Virus record (IMG/VR): IMGVR_UViG_3300022690_000671
Span: 15,948-79,947 of that record
Strand: one strand, 5' to 3'
Length of the DNA stretch: 64,000 nt
Source of the DNA: a virus
Positions 57,308 to 63,524 of this stretch are shown here, in pieces. Every line of letters begins with the position of its first letter. The stretch's first letter is position 1. The position numbers and the translations under genes were made by a program. The notes under the pieces were generated by a model. The model was not told where the DNA came from. It did not search any database and saw only the letters and a list, made by a program, of their open reading frames with translations.

Positions 57308-57747
57308 ATAAACAAAAATATAAAAAACGTAGCTAAAATTAAAGCGACTCCGGTTTGGCGTTGTATGCGTCGTCTATTTCCATACCATAGCTTGGGAATA
57401 TCATGGATACCTAGTTCCCAGGTAGACTCTTCGAAAGGATCGGGGGTAGGTAGATTAAACGCATCATTGATTCCCTTCTGGAAATAGTAGTTGCCTATTA
57501 TTGAAGCACCATATGCTGCAAAAAACGAGAGAATAAGAGACAGAAACAGATTAAATCTTAGGGAAAACACTAGAAGAGGAATCAACATAGTGTTTAGTTG
57601 TCCTATGATTCCTAATCCTGATTGCACAAAGTGAAGATTTGAGTTGTCTTTACTATATAAAGCATAGCTTTTTTGTCCATCTAATACACGTCTCACCGCT
57701 TCAAACGCAAGAGGCAATATAAAATAAATGATTAGGATAACGATCAT
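57298..57747 (-). CDS. Multi-pass membrane protein; stop codon lies inside tRNA-Ala
   Basis: 149 aa with several hydrophobic helices; ends ATG GGC TTG TAG, where TAG is tRNA nt 8-10. Confidence 0.65.
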   Translation of the reverse strand: MIVILIIYFILPLAFEAVRRVLDGQKSYALYSKDNSNLHFVQSGLGIIGQLNTMLIPLLVFSLRFNLFLSLILSFFAAYGASIIGNYYFQKGINDAFNLPTPDPFEESTWELGIHDIPKLWYGNRRRIQRQTGVALILATFFIFLFMGL

Positions 57748-57767
57748 AACAAATAGATTTTAATTAG

Positions 57768-57841
57768 TATGCCCGGTTGGATTCGAACCAACACTGTTTA
57801 GTTTCTAAAACTAACGTCTCCTACCTTTGGACTACGGGCAC
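57768..57841 (-). tRNA. tRNA-Leu(UAG) with short variable region
   Basis: GTGCCCG/CGGGCAT acceptor; TTAGT-TTTAGAA-ACTAA; A73. Confidence 0.88.
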
Positions 57842-57916
57842 ATTGATGGGGTATGGTGCCCCATTAAAGGTTGTGGGGACGAACACAACCAGTATAAACG
57901 TCCCGTATTAATTTCG

Positions 57917-57988
57917 TTGGGGCGGTCAGATTCGAACTGACATACAAAGGAATATGAGTCCTTCCGCTTACCTATCGCACACGCCCCG
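57917..57988 (-). tRNA. tRNA-Met(CAU), initiator-like
   Basis: C1:A72 mismatch; AAGGA-CTCATAT-TCCTT; lacks the full three G:C pairs. Confidence 0.8.
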
Positions 57989-57993
57989 ATGGA

Positions 57994-58212
57994 TTATTGT
58001 TCCAAAAACTTCTCTAGTTCATCATAGTCAGGCATACCCTCCGCCCCGACCAATTGATCAAACTCTTCATTATCATCGAGCCATTTGATTTTGTATTCTA
58101 AACCTAAATGTTCCAACAAAGTGTCAGACTCTAAGGAATGCCCCTGATGTTTTAATTCTCCATCAATATAAAGTCCACACCAATCGTCGACGTATACGAT
58201 TAGAATATCCAT
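57994..58212 (-). CDS. Hypothetical protein
   Basis: AGGAGG RBS before MDILIVYVDDW.GLYIDG.L..QGHS. Confidence 0.65.
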   Translation of the reverse strand: MDILIVYVDDWCGLYIDGELKHQGHSLESDTLLEHLGLEYKIKWLDDNEEFDQLVGAEGMPDYDELEKFLEQ

Positions 58213-58233
58213 GTTATCCTCCTTGTTTATGAG

Positions 58234-58308
58234 GGCGATTGGTCGGATTTGAACCAACGATCTTCTGAGTCACAATCAGACGCTTTAGCCCACTAAGCTA
58301 CAACCGCC
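58234..58308 (-). tRNA. tRNA-His(GUG)
   Basis: G-1:C73; TCTGA-TTGTGAC-TCAGA. Confidence 0.93.
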
Positions 58309-58319
58309 ATGTAAATTGT

Positions 58320-58396
58320 TGGAGCGCCCGGTGGAACTTGAATCCACAAACCTTCTGATTGGAAATCAGATGCTCTACCGATTGAGCTACGAACGC
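58320..58396 (-). tRNA. tRNA-Gly(UCC)
   Basis: GCG start, U73 and encoded CCA; TCTGA-TTTCCAA-TCAGA. Confidence 0.9.
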
Positions 58397-58401
58397 ATAA
58401 A

Positions 58402-58566
58402 CTATCTCAGATTACGTCTAATTATACCTGCGGCTCTTTGTTTCTTGCTTATCTCAATAGCTCTTAGTTGAGCCACTGCTTCTCCTTTCGTGTTGTGTGT
58501 ACCGAGAACTTTATCGCCTTTGCGGTTTGTGACGACGAACTTGTTGCCGCGTTTTCTGATTGCCAT
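58402..58566 (-). CDS. Small basic phage protein (54 aa, not in the ORF track)
   Basis: MAIRKRGNKFVVTNRKGDKVLGTHNTKGEAVAQLRAIEISK... fits exactly between RNA genes. Confidence 0.65.
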   Translation of the reverse strand: MAIRKRGNKFVVTNRKGDKVLGTHNTKGEAVAQLRAIEISKKQRAAGIIRRNLR

Positions 58567-58586
58567 GATGTTTCTTTTTCAATTAT

Positions 58587-58697
58587 TCTTGCGCACCCTT
58601 GTTTTCCAGACGGAGCAACCTCGCAGCTAACACGTCCTCGCCCAGTTCCCAAGATCAGGATAATAAATCCTTGTGGTGTTACACGTTCTGCGCAAGA
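58587..58697 (-). ncRNA. Candidate structured RNA (unclassified)
   Basis: 9-bp closing stem TCTTGCGCA/TGCGCAAGA; internal TAACAC/GTGTTA and AGGAT/ATCCT stems; directly 3' of tRNA-Tyr. Confidence 0.45.
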
Positions 58698-58701
58698 TAT
58701 G

Positions 58702-58785
58702 TGGATGCGGTAGGATTCGAACCTACAAGCGTCATAGACATTCGGGTTACAGCCGAGTAGGAGCACCAGTTCTCCCATCGCATCC
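58702..58785 (-). tRNA. tRNA-Tyr(GUA)
   Basis: GGATGCG/CGCATCC acceptor; CTGTAAC loop; long variable arm. Confidence 0.88.
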
Positions 58786-58884
58786 GTATAAAAGGTCGAT
58801 TTTTCACTCTTTCCTTTCGGAACTTACTCATCCTGGTTTAAAGACATATATCGCGATTAGCGTCTCCTTTTATATTTTGTTTTA

Positions 58885-58971
58885 TGGCGGAGAATGTGGT
58901 AGTCGAAACCACTTCACCTTTCGGTGGCCTCTGATTAGCAATCAGGCACATTACCGTTCTGTCAACTCTCC
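58885..58971 (-). tRNA. tRNA-Ser(GCU)
   Basis: GGAGAGT/ATTCTCC-GCCA; TTGCTAA loop; long variable arm CACC-GAAA-GGTG. Confidence 0.9.
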
Positions 58972-58973
58972 GT

Positions 58974-59011
58974 TTCGAAGGCAGGTGCTCTTCCAGTTGA
59001 GCTACCTGGCA
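58974..59011 (-). pseudogene. 5' half of a tRNA-Arg(UCG) gene
   Basis: TGCCAGG-TA-GCTC-AACTGGAA-GAGC-A-CCTGC-CTTCGAA, then 2 nt and tRNA-Ser. Confidence 0.8.
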
Positions 59012-59013
59012 TC

Positions 59014-59304
59014 TCAATAAATGTCATTCAAACGTTCTTTTGTCTGTCTCCAATCACCATCAAAGTGAACTCGACCACAGAAAACTTGGAAAAAGCTAGG
59101 ATCGCCGCGCTCGTACGTTTTACCTATGAACCACCGACGCTTTTTTAGATCGTTGAGAATGATATAATCCCAGACTGTTTCGTCTTTCTCGGCTGCTCTG
59201 ATCCATTCTGAAATCTCTTCAGGTATGTTGCCATATGCGCCCCAGGTGCCACGTCTATGTATTTTAGCTGAGGCGCGTTTCTTCTTTTTCGAAGTTTTTG
59301 GCAT
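59014..59304 (-). CDS. Hypothetical basic protein
   Basis: 96-aa ORF between tRNAs. Confidence 0.55.
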   Translation of the reverse strand: MPKTSKKKKRASAKIHRRGTWGAYGNIPEEISEWIRAAEKDETVWDYIILNDLKKRRWFIGKTYERGDPSFFQVFCGRVHFDGDWRQTKERLNDIY

Positions 59305-59332
59305 AAGAAGGTAAATTTTTCTTCGGTGGTTG

Positions 59333-59405
59333 CGGCACTGAACGGATTCGAACCGTCATCTTTCGCATAGACAGTGCGATGCTCTTGCCGTTAAGCTACA
59401 GTACC
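59333..59405 (-). tRNA. tRNA-Asp(GUC)
   Basis: GGTACTG/CAGTGCC acceptor, G73; TCGCA-CTGTCTA-TGCGA. Confidence 0.92.
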
Positions 59406-59576
59406 TTTGCTTTCGATTAAGGACTCAACGAAAACATGAACATCAAAGTCATCTACTCGCCATACTGGAAGTCGAGAATAAACCCATACGATAGCATCAG
59501 TGATAAGTTCACGATTATCTTCCCCAAATTCATTAACTAATGCGTCTATTTCCTTATTTTGCAACTCTACGCTCAT
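59391..59576 (-). CDS. Hypothetical protein; stop codon lies inside tRNA-Asp
   Basis: Ends GGT ACT GTA GCT TAA, which is tRNA nt 1-15. Confidence 0.55.
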   Translation of the reverse strand: MSVELQNKEIDALVNEFGEDNRELITDAIVWVYSRLPVWRVDDFDVHVFVESLIESKGTVA

Positions 59577-59627
59577 TAGGAATCCGGTCTGTGAAATGTT
59601 GCCTTGTTAAGCTACAGTACCGTGTTG

Positions 59628-59834
59628 TTATCTAAAGATGAATGAGTAGTAAATGAACGGAAGAGGATGAACAATCCATTCCCAGGTATCACCTATATCG
59701 AAACGTTGCACCCCAATCAAGAGTTCGCTCCAATTGAATTCAACGGAGAACTCTTCCGAGAAATATTTTAAGGCGTATGCTATGATGACGTTTGCTACAA
59801 CGTAAAATGCGGCAAAGACTAAAAAGTTATACAT
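59628..59834 (-). CDS. Small membrane protein
   Basis: 68 aa with an N-terminal TM helix. Confidence 0.55.
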   Translation of the reverse strand: MYNFLVFAAFYVVANVIIAYALKYFSEEFSVEFNWSELLIGVQRFDIGDTWEWIVHPLPFIYYSFIFR

Positions 59835-59838
59835 AGAC

Positions 59839-60267
59839 TATGAGTTTTAATGACAGAGTTAGGATAGTTCTCGTACTAGGTTAGTCCAAATCCTCTTGGT
59901 ATTGATGGTTGTTGCCTCAAAAAAGGTTCTCCTTTCTTCGAACGACGAATCACAACTCCCGGAACAAAGGTTAATGCTTCGGCCACTACGTAGGAGCCAT
60001 CAGGATTACGCTGTTGTGTTGTTACTTGAACTAAACAACCAGCGTTTACAATCTCCATTGCCTTTGTTGACTTCATCCAGCCCTCAGTTTCAGAAGAGGC
60101 TTTCGAAAGAAGTTGAAACAAATCTCCATCTCCGAAGACACTAACGTCGGACACATTTTTTTGGGTTCCGCTAATGTCAGTATTATGCAACGTTTTCATA
60201 ATTGTTCTCTAATTAGGTTATGAGTTTTAATGACAGAGTTAGGATAGTTCTGGCACTAGATTAATCC
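59839..60267. repeat. 49-bp direct repeat (59839-59887 and 60219-60267) flanking ORF 59876..60199
   Basis: 45/49 identical; first 33 bp perfect. Confidence 0.9.
59876..60199 (-). CDS. Conserved-looking phage hypothetical protein
   Basis: GDLFQLLSKASS..EGWMKSTKAMEI...GC.VQVTTQQ......AEALTFVPG. Confidence 0.75.
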   Translation of the reverse strand: MKTLHNTDISGTQKNVSDVSVFGDGDLFQLLSKASSETEGWMKSTKAMEIVNAGCLVQVTTQQRNPDGSYVVAEALTFVPGVVIRRSKKGEPFLRQQPSIPRGFGLT

Positions 60268-60364
60268 CTGTTCGCCACGTAGGTTTTAGCCTATAGTAAC
60301 CTGCCTACGACATACAGTTACCGAGGTTGCTGCTTAACAGCCAAATTAGGGATCCAGTCTGTCA
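60231..60364 (-). ncRNA. Candidate pseudoknotted structured RNA (unclassified)
   Basis: TGACAGA/TCTGTCA closing stem; GATCCCT/AGGGATT; GCTG-TTAAG-CAGC; GGTAACT/GGTTACT crossing CGTAGG/CCTACG. Confidence 0.55.
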
Positions 60365-60435
60365 ATGTTTGCCTAACGTATCAGATACAAAACGCCGCGA
60401 CGCGCTTCTCTTAACACGTTAGGACTTTATAAAAT

Positions 60436-60560
60436 CGCCAGGAGACGGAGTCGAACCGTTCTTACCTGTGGACTGTGTTGCAGCGTCCTACAACTCCACA
60501 CAACCCGCTATTTCTTACGCTTATTGCAAATCCACATAAGATTTCGCTTGTTGTCCCAGC
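60436..60560 (-). ncRNA. tRNA-like RNA with acceptor stem and T arm but an expanded core
   Basis: GCTGGGA/TCCTGGC; ACGG-TTCGACT-CCGT; long hairpin TGTGGA-GTTGTAG-GACG-CTGCAAC-ACAG-TCCACA. Confidence 0.55.
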
Positions 60561-60572
60561 ATAATATGTGAT

Positions 60573-60917
60573 TGGTGGAGACGGAGGGTAACGATCCCTC
60601 GTGCTGAAAGTCGTCAGTAGTTGCCATCTACATGGATAGCACATCGTGGTGTGCGGCCATCTAACAGGTACTACGGTTGAACGTTGCTAAAGTGACACTG
60701 AGTTTCTTGATCTAAGCAACAAGATCGAGAACAGTGGACGGAATCATTGTGATTGCGGCAAGATCCCCTTCGGAATCTCCGCCGACGAAGTTGGTCTGAG
60801 CCAAGAATTCGTCGACCGTCATTTGTGATGTGTTTGCATCTATGGTTGGTAGGCTCTTTACCTACAAGCACCATGCAGCAAAGACTTCGATCTCTCAGTC
60901 GAATCCATTTCGTCCCC
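60573..60917 (-). ncRNA. ssrA: tmRNA (345 nt)
   Basis: 5' GGGGACG-AAATGGATTCGAC; 3' GAGGG-ATCGTTA-CCCTC-CGTCTCC-ACCA; G3:U70; ATAGAT-GCA resume context; tag ORF 60837-60712. Confidence 0.93.
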
Positions 60918-60929
60918 ATGATGTAAAGA

Positions 60930-61170
60930 ACAAGTCACCACCCTATCCGTCTTTCGGGCAGATTTATCACACAGAACACCAAACGGACTGCGTGGGTTTC
61001 CCTAAGCTGCGGGTAATACATCTAATCCCGGTAAAGAGTCAATGTACCTTCTGAAAGAGTTACCGCTCAATCAGACAACCTTATTTAAGAACGTCCCACC
61101 CACTCATTTACCCGAGGTTCGTTGCAGCTACTACTCGGCACCTTCTTCTATTTCGGCTGAATGGTTAGGC
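60930..61170 (-). ncRNA. Candidate ~240-nt structured RNA between tRNA-Phe and tmRNA
   Basis: No credible ORF. Stems CCTAACCATTCA/TGAGTGGGTGGG, CCGAG/CTCGG, CTGA..GAG/CTC..TCAG, CGGG/CCCG; two GAAA-capped hairpins. Confidence 0.5.
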
Positions 61171-61172
61171 TG

Positions 61173-61244
61173 ATGAATCGGAAGGAATCGAACCTCCGAC
61201 GCGCAACGTTTCAAGTTGCCGCTCTACCACTGAGCTACGATTCA
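61173..61244 (-). tRNA. tRNA-Phe(GAA)
   Basis: TGAATCG/CGATTCA acceptor; GCAAC-TTGAAAC-GTTGC. Confidence 0.9.
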
Positions 61245-61358
61245 ATATTGGGCGGTGACGGAGAGGCCGAATAATAAACATTGACCCAAACACATACATC
61301 TCGCCACCGCCCTTTCCCAGAAACACATTAGAACTATAAACACACTAGAGATATAATA

Positions 61359-61384
61359 TACGAAACAATGACATTAAAGTTGCA
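61359..61384 (-). promoter_or_regulatory. ECF-sigma-like promoter TGCAAC-N16-CGTA heading the RNA island
   Basis: Intergenic; same spacing as three other sites. Confidence 0.6.
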
Positions 61385-61402
61385 TGAAGATTTAGTGAAC
61401 GT

Positions 61403-61975
61403 TTATTGGTGCCACAATATCCAGTTTAATGTTTCCTCGGCCTTTCTCTGCACTGTTTCGACCGGGGTTTCTCTTCCTGTAAGTTCACCTATACGCACTG
61501 GTGAAGACGCACCTCCGGACACACTGTACATAATAAAAATCCACTTATCTTCTCGGTGTTTCCTCATAATCTTTAGTATCCACTTGAGACCACTCATGGG
61601 ATGTCTGAAGTTGCGCGTTTGGTTTTCGTCGCTACCGTGCCACTCGTTTATCCATTTGCTCTTGTTGGTGCTTAAATCAATGGTGTGTTTCTCGATTGTA
61701 AACGACAATCCTGGGAGAGCGACGTTTAAACATTGATCGGCTTCAATTTTACCAACGATCAACTCTTTTCTATCAGGCGAAAGTCGAAATATATGAAACG
61801 CCCAACCCACATCATCTATATACATGACGTGATGTATAAGCTTGTGTCCAATAGCTTCACTATGCTTGGGATCGAGAGGATACGGCTGTATAAAGTCGTG
61901 GTCCGTGGTCAACTTCTGGGCGAAAAAAATTTCATCGTCCAACCGACCGACAATTACTTTGATGGTGAGTTTCAT
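61403..61975 (-). CDS. Hypothetical protein
   Basis: AGGAG RBS before MKLTIK. Confidence 0.6.
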   Translation of the reverse strand: MKLTIKVIVGRLDDEIFFAQKLTTDHDFIQPYPLDPKHSEAIGHKLIHHVMYIDDVGWAFHIFRLSPDRKELIVGKIEADQCLNVALPGLSFTIEKHTIDLSTNKSKWINEWHGSDENQTRNFRHPMSGLKWILKIMRKHREDKWIFIMYSVSGGASSPVRIGELTGRETPVETVQRKAEETLNWILWHQ

Positions 61976-61997
61976 GGTTAGTCTCCTAGTTCCTGGT

Positions 61998-62294
61998 TTA
62001 GTATAGTTCAGGGTTGCAAGGGGCGGGAAACACCAATAAGTCAACCGGACACATCGTGTTGTATATTCCATTGGCGCACCGATCCGCGATATGGGCTGCT
62101 CTACTGCCATAATAAAAGAAACGAGATTGCCGCCGACACGTTTCCCAGAGCAGTTCCTTGAATTTCCTGATTCCGGTCATCGTAGTTAGATTTACTTCTG
62201 TTTCGTCTATGCCCAATGTAGGCAATATGAAGATGAGTAACTCGCGATAATCGGCCTTTGCGGTTGGATCAGGAATTTTTTCTAATAGGGTCAT
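61998..62294 (-). CDS. Hypothetical protein
   Basis: 98-aa ORF with an ATGA overlap. Confidence 0.55.
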   Translation of the reverse strand: MTLLEKIPDPTAKADYRELLIFILPTLGIDETEVNLTTMTGIRKFKELLWETCRRQSRFFYYGSRAAHIADRCANGIYNTMCPVDLLVFPAPCNPELY

Positions 62295-62743
62295 AGGACA
62301 CCACCATTGGCCATGATTTCGTCATATGCTGCTCCAATGTGCCTACGCATTATATCCATAAACAACGGTGTTACATCATAATAGGGCACCATTATAGGAT
62401 ACAAGACAGTCATACGGTCTTGAACCCACAGGATGCGACGGCGAAAGTCATCGTCGTGTATGACGTGATAGATCACTCCGTTCACACGTAGCGCCGTTAC
62501 CTTGTCGTACAGAACCGTCCTGTATCCTTCCTTTTGTACGTCGTAGACAAAACGTCCAGTGCCTAGTGCTTTTGGATTCCACGAACCTCCAGTGCCTTTG
62601 AGACCTTTTGTGACTCCGAGACGACCGTTTAAGACACGGGTAGTCCTGTTTTTCTTGATGAATGTGACGCCGAATATACGGCCCTTCGTCGATTCGATGA
62701 CTTCACGTACCTGAGACCGAGGGATTGTGTTGTAACTGGTCAT
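62291..62743 (-). CDS. Phage Sm-like/SH3-barrel protein
   Basis: GRIFGVTFIKK....R.LNGRLGV.K.LKG.G...VYD.QK.GYR. Confidence 0.6.
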   Translation of the reverse strand: MTSYNTIPRSQVREVIESTKGRIFGVTFIKKNRTTRVLNGRLGVTKGLKGTGGSWNPKALGTGRFVYDVQKEGYRTVLYDKVTALRVNGVIYHVIHDDDFRRRILWVQDRMTVLYPIMVPYYDVTPLFMDIMRRHIGAAYDEIMANGGVL

Positions 62744-63024
62744 GGTTTTTTCGGTTGGATGAATAAGTGGATTACGAAGGATAGACAAACTGCTCCGGTT
62801 AGAAGCCAACACAACTGCGGTGCCCAGTCAATTGCTGAGTTTGTGCTGTCGAACAAATACATAAGCCCATTAAACGCATATATTGCAACATAAAATATCA
62901 AACAACTAGAATCTGGATAGGTCAGTCTAACTTTAATAAACGCGCATCTAACTGGACTCCACAAAATGGTTAAGACGAGCATGAAGTACCAGAAATAGTA
63001 CGGGTTATTGAAGAAGTTGAGCAT
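62740..63024 (-). CDS. Membrane protein
   Basis: Three hydrophobic segments. Confidence 0.55.
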   Translation of the reverse strand: MLNFFNNPYYFWYFMLVLTILWSPVRCAFIKVRLTYPDSSCLIFYVAIYAFNGLMYLFDSTNSAIDWAPQLCWLLTGAVCLSFVIHLFIQPKKP

Positions 63025-63114
63025 AGCCTTTTTGGAATAAGGATGGTTTCTTCGATTTGATGAGTAAGCAAATTACGAAACTCCCGCCCGTAAACGAGTG
63101 GGCTTTTTTTGGTG

Positions 63115-63345
63115 CTAATTGAAGCCTTCTATAAATAGTCTCATTTCGTCAACGGTTGACAACATTCCGCCCATAACCTGCATTGTCCCAAGTATGAGAC
63201 CAGAATGATTAGCTGTTTCTGGATGCTTTGAAAGATCCGATGCCATAGATGCCCAAGCGTTACTAACATCACCAACATCAAGGTATTGCCGAGCACGTAT
63301 CTTGCACCATTCTACATGTTCTTGTCGTGTTACGATGGTTTCCAT
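63115..63345 (-). CDS. Conserved-looking phage hypothetical protein
   Basis: R.EH.EWCK.RA.QYLD.GD...A.ASM.SDL.KHPET..H...FIEGFN. Confidence 0.7.
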   Translation of the reverse strand: METIVTRQEHVEWCKIRARQYLDVGDVSNAWASMASDLSKHPETANHSGLILGTMQVMGGMLSTVDEMRLFIEGFN

Positions 63346-63524
63346 AGTTGCACCTGGTTTTTAGGGATTAGGATAGTGTCAGTAGGACTACAATAGCGTG
63401 GGTCTACGCCGAACCGATCCATTAGTTGTTTACGGGTCAGTTCGTAATATGTTCCCCCTTTAATGTAGTAACGAAACTTTTTGGTGACTCGGAGACTACC
63501 TCCGATATTGATACGGTATGTCAT
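63330..63524 (-). CDS. Hypothetical protein
   Basis: 64-aa ORF. Confidence 0.45.
   Translation of the reverse strand: MTYRINIGGSLRVTKKFRYYIKGGTYYELTRKQLMDRFGVDPRYCSPTDTILIPKNQVQLWKPS

Noticed and set aside
57869-57904. Theta (HDV-like) ribozyme at a tRNA 3' end
   Set aside because: It lacks P3/L3 and J4/2, and starts 12 nt after the discriminator.
58464-61054. Track ORFs 58464..58778, 58673..59020, 60462..60644, 60671..60919 and 60830..61054
   Set aside because: They overlap tRNA, tmRNA or structured RNA and have no protein-like features.
60930-61170. RNase P RNA
   Set aside because: The universal P4 sequences were not found; kept as an unclassified RNA.
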